Assembly: GCA_963844035.1 (NCBI GenBank)
Contig: CAWJMT010000004.1
Location: forward strand, 96,001 to 160,000
Length of the DNA stretch: 64,000 nucleotides
Direction of reading: 5' to 3'
DNA from: an uncultured Gemmatimonadales bacterium
GTDB lineage: Bacteria > Gemmatimonadota > Gemmatimonadetes > Gemmatimonadales > GWC2-71-9
This document shows, piece by piece, positions 34,624 to 47,039 of the stretch. The notes beneath the pieces were generated by a model that worked only from the letters and a program-made list of their open reading frames with translations, had not been told where the DNA came from and ran no database searches. A program made the translations under genes and the position numbers. Each line of letters starts with the position of its first letter. The first letter of the stretch is position 1.

Positions 34624-36120
34624 CTAAACGAGGGCGTACTCCTTCAGTTTGCGGTACAAGGTGCGCTCCCCAATTCCCAAGATCTCGGCCGCCTTGCGGC
34701 GGTTTCCTTTGGTCTCCCGGAGCGCCGCCTCGATGGTCGCCCGCTCAACATCGGCCATGCTCATGCCGCGCCGGTACAGCACGTTGGCATCGGAGGTCGT
34801 TTCGGCGTCAATCGACGTAACCGGGGCCCCCTGGCCAACTTCGATCACCTCGACCCGCTGGGGCCGATCCTCCAAACGACGGCGGAGGTCCTCAACCTGC
34901 AATTTCAGTTCCACCAAACTGCGGAAGATGAACTCCAGCTCCCGCCCCGGGACGTCCCGCCCCGGGCCCAACACCCGCACCGGGAGGCGGGTACCGTGCT
35001 CGCGAATGTCGGCCGGAATGTCGTCAGCGCGGATTTCCCCCTCGGGCGCCAACACCACCATCGATTCCACGAGGTTCCGCAGCTGCCGCACGTTCCCGGG
35101 CCACTCGGCGTTGACGAGGATCTGCAACGCTTCGGGGGTGATGCCGCGGAACTGACGCTCGTGCGCAGCCGCGAACTCGGCGATGAAGCGCCGCACCAGG
35201 ATCGGGATGTCCCCCCGCCGCTCCCGCAGCGGCGGTAGATCCACGTGGAGCACATTGAGGCGATAGAAGAGGTCGTCGCGGAACTCGCCGACGCTGACCG
35301 CTTGCTTGAGCGGCTTGTTCGTCGCCGCGATCACGCGCACGTCCACCCGGATCGGCTGCACGCCGCCGACGCGGAAGAACGTGCGGTCCTCGAGCACGCG
35401 CAGCAGCTTCACCTGCGTCGCCGGCGGCATCTCGCCGACTTCGTCGAGCAGGATCGTCCCCGTGTCCGCGAGCTCGAACCGCCCCAGGCGCCGCTCGGTC
35501 GCGCCCGTGAACGATCCCTTTTCGTGCCCGAACAGCTCGCTCTCGAGCAGCGTATCGGGCAGCGCCGCGCAGTTCACCGCGATGAACGGCTTGCCGCGCC
35601 GCTGCGAGAGGTCGTGGATGCCGCGCGCCACCAGCTCCTTGCCGGTTCCCGACTCCCCCTCGATCAACACGGTGGCGGTGACGGGCGCCATCTGCTCGAT
35701 CTTGACGAGCACTTCCTGGATGGCGGGGGATTCCCCGATGATCCCGGTGCGGTGCTGCAGCTTGCGCCGCTCGATCACGCGGCGAACGGTGGCGACGACT
35801 TCGTCCGGATCGGCGGGCTTGACGATCCACGCCGTGAGCCCGAGCCGGCGCGCGAGCCCGGTCGCATCCGGTTCGGTCGCCTCCACCATGCCGAGCGTCG
35901 AGACCGCGCGATCGTGCGCGAGCGCGATGAGATGGACGGCCGGGGCGTCGTGGAGCCCGCCGGTGAGAATGATGCAGTCCGGGTCCCGGCGCTGCACGGC
36001 GTGCCGCACGTCGTCCAGGGACGACGTCAGCGTCGTCTCGAAACCCGCCGCCTCGAGCTGTGCGTTGACCCGCACGGCGTGCTCGAGATCATCGGTCGTC
36101 AGGAGGATGCGATCGGCCAT
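34624..36120 (-). CDS. Sigma-54-dependent Fis family activator with atypical receiver domain
   Basis: GESGTGKE, ESELFGHEKGSFTGA, WPGNVRQL, Fis HTH. Confidence 0.93.
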   Translation of the reverse strand: MADRILLTTDDLEHAVRVNAQLEAAGFETTLTSSLDDVRHAVQRRDPDCIILTGGLHDAPAVHLIALAHDRAVSTLGMVEATEPDATGLARRLGLTAWIVKPADPDEVVATVRRVIERRKLQHRTGIIGESPAIQEVLVKIEQMAPVTATVLIEGESGTGKELVARGIHDLSQRRGKPFIAVNCAALPDTLLESELFGHEKGSFTGATERRLGRFELADTGTILLDEVGEMPPATQVKLLRVLEDRTFFRVGGVQPIRVDVRVIAATNKPLKQAVSVGEFRDDLFYRLNVLHVDLPPLRERRGDIPILVRRFIAEFAAAHERQFRGITPEALQILVNAEWPGNVRQLRNLVESMVVLAPEGEIRADDIPADIREHGTRLPVRVLGPGRDVPGRELEFIFRSLVELKLQVEDLRRRLEDRPQRVEVIEVGQGAPVTSIDAETTSDANVLYRRGMSMADVERATIEAALRETKGNRRKAAEILGIGERTLYRKLKEYALV

Positions 36121-37262
36121 CAGTACGCGACCTCGGTCCGGCTCAGCCGGCGGCCACCGCCCGGTACGTGCGGCGCGGCACGAATGGGAGCGCCGCGACT
36201 TCGGCTGCCACGCGGTTCCCGCGGACGTCGATCGTGAAGCGCGTGCCGGCCCGGGCCTGCTCCACCGGGAGGTAGGTCATCCCGACGGAGCAGTTGGCGG
36301 TGGGCGTCACGGTGCCGCTGCGGACGACGTCCACTTTGCGGTCGTCCACGTACACGTCGTACCCGGGCCGCGCCACGGCGCGCGGCTCGACGACCTTGAA
36401 ACCGACGAGCCGGCGCTTCACGCCGGCAGCCTTCTGCTGCCTGAGCGGAGCCGATCCCCACGAAATCGGCGCCCTTGTCGAGCTTGACGATCCAGCCGAG
36501 GCCGGCTTCGAGCGGCGTCACAGTGGCATCGATGTCGTGGCCGTACAAGGGATAGCCTGCCTCGAGCCGCAGCGTGTCGCGCGCGCCGAGTCCGCACGGC
36601 ACGGCGCGCCCCTGGCCCACGAGCGCGTACCACAGCGTTTCCAGATCGCCCGCCCGGCAGTACAACTCGAAGCCGTCTTCCCCGGTGTAGCCGGTCCGCG
36701 AGATGAAGCACTCCTTGCCGGCGACCTTCCCCTCGACAAAGTGGTAGTAGGGGAGCAGCTCGATGCCGGCGGGCGTGAGCGGCGCGAGCAGCGCCTTCGC
36801 GCCGGGGCCCTGGACCGCGAGCAGCCCGGTCTCGTCCGAGATGTCGCGCAGGCGCACGTTGGCGCCGCGCTTGTGGGAGACCACCTGTTCCCAGTCGGTC
36901 GCGATGTTCGCGGCATTCACCACGAGCATCAGCTTGTCGTCGAACCGGTACACGACACAGTCGTCCACGAACGTGCCCTGGTCCGTCAGCAGCGCGGAGT
37001 ACTGCGCCTGGCCGGGCTTGAGCGCGCCGACGTCGTTGCAGGTAACGCGCTGCACGAATGCGTTGCGATCGGGACCCGTGACCTCGAACTCGCCCATGTG
37101 CGAGATGTCGAACACCCCGACGCCTTCCCGCACCGCGCGGTGCTCGGCGGCGATGCCCTCCCGGTATTGCACCGGCATCTCGAATCCGCCGAACGGTACG
37201 AGTTTCGCCCCGAGGCTCGCGTGCAGGGCGTAGAGCGGCGTGCGCTTCAAGTCGGTGGTCAA
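36120..37262 (-). CDS. gcvT: Glycine cleavage system aminomethyltransferase T (frameshifts near 3' end)
   Basis: KRTPLY, FDISHMGE, SRTGYTGEDGFE, GLGARDTLRLEAG. Confidence 0.95.
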   Translation of the reverse strand: MTTDLKRTPLYALHASLGAKLVPFGGFEMPVQYREGIAAEHRAVREGVGVFDISHMGEFEVTGPDRNAFVQRVTCNDVGALKPGQAQYSALLTDQGTFVDDCVVYRFDDKLMLVVNAANIATDWEQVVSHKRGANVRLRDISDETGLLAVQGPGAKALLAPLTPAGIELLPYYHFVEGKVAGKECFISRTGYTGEDGFELYCRAGDLETLWYALVGQGRAVPCGLGARDTLRLEAGYPLYGHDIDATVTPLEAGLGWIVKLDKGADFVGIGSAQAAEGCRREAPARRFQGRRAARRGAARVRRVRGRPQSGRRPQRHRDAHRQLLRRDDLPPGGAGPGRHALHDRRPREPRGSRSRGAPIRAAPHVPGGGRRLSRTEVAY

Positions 37263-37280
37263 GGTTCCCTCGCGTCCCGG

Positions 37281-38186
37281 TCAGCCCATCAACGTGGCAA
37301 GTAACGCCTTCTGAACGTGCAGTCGGTTCTCGGCTTCATCCCACACCCGCGACTGAGGCCCTTCGAACACGCTCGTGGTCACCTCTTCCCCCCGGTGCGC
37401 GGGCAGGCAATGCAGGAAGATGGCCCCGGGCTGGGCGAGCTTCATCAACTCCGCATCGACCGTGTACCCCCGGAAGGCGTCGCGGCGGACCGCAGCCTCG
37501 TCTTCCTGCCCCATGGACGCCCACACGTCGGTGTTCACGACGTCGGCGCCCTCGACCGCCTCCTCGGGCGTTTCCGTTATCGTGAGGCACGCACCGGCGC
37601 GGGCCCGCGCGCGCTCAAGCACCGCCCGGTCGGGTTCGAACCCCTTCGGACAGGCGAGCCGCAGCTCGACGCCCAGCACGCCCGCGGCGTCGATCCAGCT
37701 GTTCGCCATGTTGTTCCCGTCCCCGACCCACGCCACCCGCTTGCCTTCCCAGCCCCCCAGCGCCTCCTTGACCGTGAACAGGTCCGCCAACACCTGGCAG
37801 GGATGCAGCAGATCGGTCAACCCGTTGATCACGGGGACGAGGGCACAGCGCGCCAGCTCCTCGGCTTCGCCGTGGTCGAACGTCCGGATCATGATCCCGT
37901 CGACGTAGCGGGACAGGACGCGGGCGGTGTCGGAGATCGGCTCCCCACGGCCGAGCTGGATGTCCTTCGAGGACAGGAACAGCGCCTGACCGCCCAGCTG
38001 GTACGTCCCGACTTCGAACGACACCCGGGTGCGGGTGCTCGACTTGGCGAAGATCATGGCCAGCGTCTTGCCCGCGAGCGGCGTGTCGCGGTAGGCGCGC
38101 TTCTTCATGCGACCCGCCAGGTCCATCAGGCGCCCGATCTCCTCCCTCGTGAGGTCGGCAATCGCAAGAAAATCCCGCTTGGCCAT
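37281..38186 (-). CDS. argF: Ornithine carbamoyltransferase
   Basis: STRTR, HPCQ, DVWASMG, HCLP. Confidence 0.97.
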   Translation of the reverse strand: MAKRDFLAIADLTREEIGRLMDLAGRMKKRAYRDTPLAGKTLAMIFAKSSTRTRVSFEVGTYQLGGQALFLSSKDIQLGRGEPISDTARVLSRYVDGIMIRTFDHGEAEELARCALVPVINGLTDLLHPCQVLADLFTVKEALGGWEGKRVAWVGDGNNMANSWIDAAGVLGVELRLACPKGFEPDRAVLERARARAGACLTITETPEEAVEGADVVNTDVWASMGQEDEAAVRRDAFRGYTVDAELMKLAQPGAIFLHCLPAHRGEEVTTSVFEGPQSRVWDEAENRLHVQKALLATLMG

Positions 38187-38264
38187 GGATTCCCTAGAGG
38201 CAGGTCAAAATGACAGTCCCCGGGAGGATTTTAGCCCGCCCGGGGACCGGTGACAAGGCTGACG

Positions 38265-39787
<1,523 letters not shown>

Positions 39788-39788
<1 letters not shown>

Positions 39789-40327
39789 TACAGCTCCAGC
39801 ACGGTGATGTGGGTGTTGGTGTACACGCAGATCTCCGCCGCGATCTCGAGGGAGCGCTGCACGATCTCCTTCGCCGACAGGGCCGACGCGCTCAGCATCG
39901 CGCGCGCCGCGGCCAGGGCGTAGGTCCCACCCGAGCCGATCGCGAGGACGCCGTCGTCGGGCTCGATCAGCTCGCCCGAGCCGCTGATGACATACCCGTG
40001 CTCGCGGTCCGCGACGACGAGCAGGGCCTCGAGCCGGCGCAGCACGCGGTCGGAACGCCAGTCCTTGGCCAGCTCGACCGCGGCGCGCGGCAGGTTGCCG
40101 GGGTAGCGCTCGAGTTTCTCCTCGAATTTCTCGAACAGCGTGAACGCATCCGCCGCCGCGCCCGCGAATCCGGCCAGGATCTTGCCTCCCTTGAGGGTGC
40201 GGACCTTGTTGGCGTTCGCCTTCATCACGGTGTCGCCGATCGTGACCTGACCGTCGCCCCCGAGGGCGACGTGCGAGTCCCGGCGAACGCACAGGATGGT
40301 CGTGCTGTGAATGCTTGGAAAGCTCAC
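39788..40327 (-). CDS. hslV: ATP-dependent protease subunit HslV
   Basis: TTIL, GDGQVT, AIGSGG, ICVYTN. Confidence 0.97.
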
Positions 40328-40343
40328 CCGCCAGGTCCTTTCG

Positions 40344-41258
40344 TTAGGCCCGCGGATGGGCCCGATGGTACACCTTCTTGAGTCGCTCCACAGAAGTATG
40401 AGTATACACCTGCGTGGTGCTCAATGAGGCGTGTCCCAACAGCTCCTGCACGGCGCGCAGGTCGGCCCCCGCATCGAGCAAATGCGTCGCGAAGGAGTGT
40501 CGCAGGGCGTGGACGTGAAGATCGCGGCCGCGCGCCAGCTCGCCGAACAACCCCTTCATCGCCAGCTGCACGCCGCGTGGCGTGAGACGGCGGCCGCGCT
40601 GGTTCAGAAAGATGGCGCGTCGATCGCCGGCCGTTACGCCGAGCAACGCGTCACGGTGGCGATAGTAGCGCCGTAGCGCGGCGCCGGCCGGACCTCCGAT
40701 CGGCACGATGCGCTCCTTCCGGCCCTTGCCCCGCACCTTGACCTGGTCCGACACCAGATCGACGTCCGCTTCGTTCAAGCCGGCAAGCTCCGACAGGCGC
40801 ACCCCGGCCGAGTAGAAAATTTCGAGCATCGCCAGGTCGCGGGCCTGTTTGAAACCTCCCGCCGCGGCGCGGTGCTCCGCCGCCGAGAACAGCATCGCGA
40901 CTTCGGCCCGATCGAGATGGGTCGGCAGGGTGCGGGGCAGCTTGGGTGTGCGGGCGGCCTTCGCCGGGTTTACCTCGATGCCATGCGCGAGGTTCAGGAA
41001 CCGATAAAACGTGCGCAGCGCCGACAGGGCGCGCGCGATGGAGCGCTTCCCCAGCCCCTGCTGCTGCAGCGCGCCGAGGTAGCCCCGGATCGCCAGCCGG
41101 TCAACGCCGGCCCAGCGCCACGGTCCCGCGTAGAAGCGCCCGCAGAACTCGGCGAAGTTCGTGACGTCCCGCGTGTAGGCCGTGACAGTGTGGGGCGAGT
41201 CGTTGCGCTCCTTGGTGAGGAATGCGACGAACTCGGCGATCTCCTGTGCGCCGGTCAT
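40344..41258 (-). CDS. xerC: Tyrosine recombinase XerC
   Basis: [29 protein letters not shown]; synteny with hslVU and trmFO. Confidence 0.9.
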   Translation of the reverse strand: MTGAQEIAEFVAFLTKERNDSPHTVTAYTRDVTNFAEFCGRFYAGPWRWAGVDRLAIRGYLGALQQQGLGKRSIARALSALRTFYRFLNLAHGIEVNPAKAARTPKLPRTLPTHLDRAEVAMLFSAAEHRAAAGGFKQARDLAMLEIFYSAGVRLSELAGLNEADVDLVSDQVKVRGKGRKERIVPIGGPAGAALRRYYRHRDALLGVTAGDRRAIFLNQRGRRLTPRGVQLAMKGLFGELARGRDLHVHALRHSFATHLLDAGADLRAVQELLGHASLSTTQVYTHTSVERLKKVYHRAHPRA

Positions 41259-41270
41259 GCTCTCCCCCGA

Positions 41271-41372
41271 CCTCACCCCCTGACCCCCTCTCCACAACGT
41301 GGAGAGGGGGAACGACATCTACACGTTCGTCCCCCCTCTCCGCATTGGCGGAGAGGGGGTCAGGGGGTGAGG
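41271..41372. repeat. Inverted pair of REP-like elements (BIME-like)
   Basis: CCTCACCCCCTGACCCCCTCTCC-N7-GGAGAGGGGG at 41271-41310 and its inverse at ~41330-41372. Confidence 0.8.
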
Positions 41373-42673
41373 CCAGCCGCGTCGCGAACACGTCCATCTC
41401 CGCCACCGCCCGCTGGATCAGGAGATCCCGCCGTTTCGTCTTGTCCTTCACCGGCCGGTCCAGCGGTTCGAGCAGGCCGAAGTTGGCGTTCATCGGCTGG
41501 AAATGCGCCGGATCGGCTTCGCGCAGGTAGCGGTACAGGGCGCCCAACATGGTGGTGGGCGGCGGCACGAGCGGATCCTCGCCCGCGAGCAGGCGCGCCA
41601 GGTTCCTCCCGGCGAGCATGCCGGTGGCCGCGGACTCCGTGTACCCCTCGACCCCCGTGAGCTGACCCGCGAACAAGACCTGCGGGTCGTCCCGGGTCGA
41701 GAGATGGGGTGTGAGCGCCTGCGGCGCATTGATGTACGAGTTGCGGTGGATGCTGCCGTAGCGCAGGAACTCCGCGTGCGCGAGGCCCGGGATGAGACGC
41801 AGCACGCGCTGTTGCTCGGCGATCCGCATCCGCGTCTGAAATCCCACCAGGTTCCACATCTGCGCGGCCCGGTCTTCCTGGCGGAGCTGCACCACGGCGA
41901 ACGGGATCCGGCCGGTGCGGGGGTCAGGGCAGGCCGACGGGCTTCATGGGCCCGAACCGCAGCGTGTCGCGGCCGCGACGCACCATTTCCTCGACCGGGA
42001 GGCAGCCTTCGAAGTAGGGTGCGCGATCGAAGTCGTGCTGCGGTTCGTACTGGTCGGCGCTGCCGAGCGCCGCGAGCAGTGCATCGTACTCGGGCTCGGT
42101 GAGCGGGGCGTTCAGATAGTCGTCGCCGCCGCCCTTCCCGTAGCGGGAGGCGCGGAACAGCAGCTCGTGGTCGAGCGAATCGGCCGCGACGATCGGCGCG
42201 ATGGCGTCGAAGAAGGCGAGCGCCGCCACGCCCAGCCGCTGCGCCACCGCCTGGCCGAGGGCTTCGGAGGTCAGCGGACCGGTGGCGATGACGCCGGGCG
42301 ACGGAAGGTCCGTCACTTCCCCGCGCACCAGCGTGATGAGGGGGTGCGCGGCGATGCGAGTCTGGACCGCTTCGGCAAACACCGCCCGGTCCACCGCAAG
42401 GGCGGAGCCGCCCGGAACGCGAGCCCGATCGGCGGCCTCCAGTACGACGCTCCCCAAACGCCGCATTTCGGCCTTGAGCAGGCCGTGCGCGGTCGTTAGC
42501 TCCTCGGACTTGAAAGAGTTGCTGCAGACGAGCTCGGCAAGACGATCGGTCTGGTGTGCAGCCGTCATGCGGACCGGTCGCATCTCGTGCAGCGTGACGT
42601 CGACGCCCCGCTCCGCCAGGGCCCACGCCGCTTCGCTCCCTGCGAGTCCGCCTCCGACGACTACGGCGGTCAG
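41360..42673 (-). CDS. trmFO: tRNA (uracil-5)-methyltransferase TrmFO (frameshift ~41925; both ends approximate)
   Basis: [55 protein letters not shown]. Confidence 0.93.
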
Positions 42674-45220
42674 GTCGCGACCGACTCCGCCGGAGCGCCT
42701 TCCAGGAGCGGTTCTTCGTGCAGACACTTCAGACACTTGCGATACGCCCCCGTCGCCTTGGTTTTCTTGTGCTCCATTCCCAGGTAGCCGCAGTTGGGGC
42801 AGATCTCGGGCACGGGGCGATTCCAGACAGAGAAGTCACACTCGGGGTAGCGCAGGCACCCGAAAAAGTTGCGTCCTTTCTTCGTGCGCCGCTCGGCCAG
42901 ATCGCCCACGGTGCACTTCGGACACTTGATGCCGAGCGGCACCGGGCGCGTGTGCTTGCACTTGGGATAGGTGGTGCACGCCAGGAATTCGCCGAATCGC
43001 CCGGTCTTGATCACCATGGGCGACCCGCACTCCTTGCAGATCTCGTCCGACGGCCGGTCGGGGACCCGGTCCTTCTTGAGTGACCTGGTGAAGGTGCACG
43101 GGTCGGGATAGTTGACGCACGCGATGAATGGACCGAAGCGGCCGCTCTTCAGAATCACGTGGCTCGCGCAGAGCGGACACCGCTCCTCATCCAGCTTGGA
43201 CAGAGTCGTGCGTGTCCCGGATCAGCTGCGGCATGTCCACCGCCGCCAGCGCCGTCGAGAACGGGGTCCAGAACTCCGCGAGCACCTGCTGCCAGCCGAC
43301 GTCGCCTTCTTCCACCTTGTCGAGCTCGGACTCCATCAGCGCGGTGAACCCCACGTTGAACGTGTCGGGGAACACGCGCAGCATGATGCGACACACGGTC
43401 TCGCCCAGATCCGTCGGCGTGAACCGGCGATCCTTGGTGGTGGCGTACCATCGTGCCTGCAGCGTCGAAATAATGGTCGCGTACGTTGACGGGCGTCCGA
43501 TGCCGAGGCGCTCGAGCTCTTTCACCAGGCTCGCCTCGCTGAAACGCGGCGGCGGCTCCGTGAAGTGCTGGCTGGGCGTGATCTTTTGGACAGCGACCCG
43601 ATCACCGGCAACCAGGACGGGGATCGGCGCCAGGTCCTCGAGGCTCTTGCCCTCCTCCGGCTCATGCGCCTCATGGTAGAGGACGTGGTAGCCGTCGAAC
43701 AGCACGCGTGAGCCCGTGGCCCGGAACAGACAGCGGCCGAGATCGAAGTCCACGGTCGTCGTCTCGTACTGCGTCGGTGTCATTTGCGAGGCGACGAAGC
43801 GTCTCCAAATGAGCTGGTAGAGCTTGAACAGGTCCGCTTCCAGGTACTGCTGCACATCCTCGGGACGCCGCATCACCTCGGTGGGCCGGACCGCTTCATG
43901 CGCGTCCTGCACCCGCGACTGTGCCCCCTTGGTGCTGCCGTACACGTTCGGGATCTCGGGCAAGTATCGCTTGTCGAACTGCGCGCCGATGAACTCGCGT
44001 GCCTGGGTGATCGCGGAATCGGCCACGCGGACGGAATCGGTCCGCATGTAGGTGATCAAGCCGACCTGCCCTTCCGCGCCGACTTCCTGGCCCTCGTAGA
44101 GGCCCTGGGCGGCGCGCATGGTCCGCTTGGCGGAAAACCCGAGCTGCTTGGCGGCTTCCTGCTGCAGGGTGCTCGTCGTGAAGGGGGCGGACGGGCGCTT
44201 CTTGCGCTCCTTGCGCGCCACCTCCGTGACGACGAATGGGACCTTCAGCGCCTCGTCGACGATCGCCTGGGCGGTCGCGGCGTCCTTGATCTCGGGCTTG
44301 TGCCCGTCGAGCTTGTGGAGCCGCGCCTGGAATGTCTGGCCGTCCTTCTCGAGGTCGGCCTCGATGGTCCAGTACTCCTGCGCCACGAACTTCCGGATCG
44401 CATCCTCACGCTCGACGATGAGCCGCAGCGCCACGGTCTGCACCCGTCCGGCTGACAGCCCCGTCTTCAGACTCTTCCAGAGAATCGGCGACGCCTTGTA
44501 GCCCACTAAACGATCGAGCACGCGCCGCGCCTGCTGGGCATCGACCTTTTTCTGGTCGATGTCCACCGGATGGGCAAGCGCCAGGGCGACCGCGTCCTTG
44601 GTGATCTCGTGAAACAAGACGCGCCGTACGTTCGGGCCATTGCCGACCTGCTCGGCGACGTGCCAGGCGATGGCCTCACCTTCGCGGTCGGGGTCGGTCG
44701 CGATCAGTACGCGGTCCGATACCTTGGCGGCCTTCTTGATCTCCGCGAGCGTCTTGGTCTTGCCCTTGATCGTGACGTACTTCGGGACGAAGCCATGCTC
44801 CACGTCGACCCCAAGCTCGCGCTTGGGAAGGTCGCGCACATGGCCCACGGTGGCCTTCACCGTGTACCCCTGCCCGAGGTACTTCCCGATCGTCTTCGCT
44901 TTGGTGGGAGACTCGACGATGACCAGCGAGAGGCCGTGGCCCGCGCCATTCCCGCCGGTGGTCCCCTTGGCGCGGGACCGCCGCTTGGGCTTGGCGTCGG
45001 CCTCAGCCGGCGGGGCCTCCGCCTCGGTTGCATCCGCAACCTCGGGCGCAGGCTTGGCGCGAACGCGGCGCTTCGGCTTGGGCGTCGCTTCGACCGGCGG
45101 AGCAGAGGCTTCCGCCCCCGCCTTCGCGCGCGAACGGCGCTTGGGCTTGGTCTCGGCCGGGACCGGCGAGGCTTCTATGTCCGTGGCGTCGAGCTTCACG
45201 CCGTCTTCGTTAGCCATCAC
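42670..45220 (-). CDS. topA: DNA topoisomerase I with C-terminal zinc ribbons (frameshift ~43190)
   Basis: [35 protein letters not shown]4 zinc-finger repeats. Confidence 0.96.
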
Positions 45221-45256
45221 GCATCAACCTTTCATCAACAGACGCGATCGGCATCC

Positions 45257-45779
45257 TTACCATCCCGCCTTGGTTTGCGCAAGCCTGACCACATCCGCCG
45301 CGACCTGCGCCGCGGTCTTACGATCGGTGTCAAGTTTCTCGTGCGCCAAGGCATACGATGCGTCACGCTCCTTGAGCAGCTGCCGCATCCGCTCTGTGGG
45401 ATCATCACCTCCCATTAACAACGGGCGGGTTCCCTCGGACCCGGCGCGGCGCGCCGCGGTGTCGGCCCGGGTGTGGAGATAGATCACCAGCGCCCGCAGT
45501 TTCGCAGCCGTCGATCGCGCCCGGCTGGGCGGCCCACCCGCCGCCGCTGGCGATGATGGCCGGGTCGTGCGTGAGCGTCGTCTCCATCTCCTGGCGCTCG
45601 AGGGTGCGGAACGCGGCTTCGCCTTTTTCGGCGAAGATCATCGTGATCGGCTTGCCTTCGCGCCGCACCAGCACCGCATCGATGTCCACGAACGTCGCCT
45701 GTAACCGCTCCGCGACCAGACCACCCACGGTGGTCTTCCCGGAGCCCGGGAGTCCCACCAGCACGACGTGCCGCTTCAC
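45257..45779 (-). CDS. aroK: Shikimate kinase (frameshift ~45500)
   Basis: GLPGSGKT, GEAAFR, SGGG, RPLL. Confidence 0.92.
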
Positions 45780-46954
45780 GACGCTGCCCCTTGCGGCGCG
45801 CGCGTGCGCAGCTGAGCCTGGTATCCGTCGAAGTTGCGTTTCATCTCGCTCAATGAGTCTCCGCCGAACTTCTCGAGCATCGCCTCCGTGAGCATCAGCG
45901 CCACCATCGTTTCCGCGATGACGCCCATCGCGGCGACGGCGGTCACGTCGGACCGCTCCGACTGGGCCTGCGCCGGACCGCCCGTCTTGAGATCCACCGT
46001 GCGGAGCGGCGACATCAACGTGGAGATCGGCTTCATCGCCACGCGGGCCACCAGCGGCTCCCCGGTCGTCATGCCGCCTTCCGTCCCCCCGGCGCGGTTC
46101 GTGGCGCGGCTCAGGCCCGGCAGGATCTCGTCGTGCACCTCCGAGCCCTTGCGGCGGGCCGCTTCGAACCCGAGCCCGAGCTCGACGCCCTTGACCGCCG
46201 GGATGGACATGAGCGCCTGCGCCAGGCGTCCGTCGAGCTTGCGATCCCAGGAGATGTGGGACCCCAGACCGACCGGAAGGTTGAGGCCGACCACCTCCAC
46301 GACGCCCCCCAGCGTATCCCCGGCCGCCTTGGCCGCGTCGATCAGCGCGATGATCTCGCGCTCGGCCTCGCGGTCGAGGCAACGAATGGGGCTCGCATCC
46401 GCGGCCTCGTTCAACGGGGTGGGGAGCGGAATGGGGACCTGCGCGCGCACGCCACCGAGCTCGATCACATGGCTTCCGATCTCGATGGCGAACTGCTCGA
46501 GCAGCAGCTTGCAGACGGCGCCGCATGCGACGCGCGACACCGTCTCGCGCGCGCTCGCACGCTCGAGAATATCCCGCGCGTCGCGGCGGTCGTACTTGAG
46601 CGCGCCGGCCAGGTCGGCGTGTCCCGGGCGCGGGCGGGTGACCTGGCGGCGCCGTTCCGCGCCCGGGGCGTCCGCCTCGGCCGCCATGACGTCCTGCCAG
46701 TGCTCCCAGTCGCGGTTCCACACCAGCATCGCGATCGGCGAGCCCAGCGTCTCGCCCGCGCGCACGCCGGCGAGCCACTCGATCTGGTCGGATTCGATTT
46801 TCATGCGCGCCCCGCGGCCATAGCCGCCCATGCGGCGCTTGAGCTCGACGTTGATGCGATCAGCGGAGACGGGCAGTCCCGCGGGGATCCCTTCGAGGAC
46901 CGCCACCAGTCCCCGTCCGTGCGATTCCCCCGCGGTCGTAAAGCGAAAAGTCAC
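45776..46954 (-). CDS. aroC: Chorismate synthase
   Basis: TAGESHG, RPGHAD, ERASARET, MKPISTL, ERSD. Confidence 0.97.
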   Translation of the reverse strand: MTFRFTTAGESHGRGLVAVLEGIPAGLPVSADRINVELKRRMGGYGRGARMKIESDQIEWLAGVRAGETLGSPIAMLVWNRDWEHWQDVMAAEADAPGAERRRQVTRPRPGHADLAGALKYDRRDARDILERASARETVSRVACGAVCKLLLEQFAIEIGSHVIELGGVRAQVPIPLPTPLNEAADASPIRCLDREAEREIIALIDAAKAAGDTLGGVVEVVGLNLPVGLGSHISWDRKLDGRLAQALMSIPAVKGVELGLGFEAARRKGSEVHDEILPGLSRATNRAGGTEGGMTTGEPLVARVAMKPISTLMSPLRTVDLKTGGPAQAQSERSDVTAVAAMGVIAETMVALMLTEAMLEKFGGDSLSEMKRNFDGYQAQLRTRAPQGAAS

Positions 46955-47039
46955 CGTGTCTGCAAAGCCTCCGATAACACGCGAGCCCGACCTACCGTCG
47001 GGCTCGCACCTGTGCCGTTCCTTCTTACCCCGCAATTCG

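Noticed and set aside
40344..41258. Tyrosine recombinase as marker of a mobile element
   Set aside because: It sits in the conserved topA-trmFO-xerC-hslVU housekeeping context, with no att sites or cargo.
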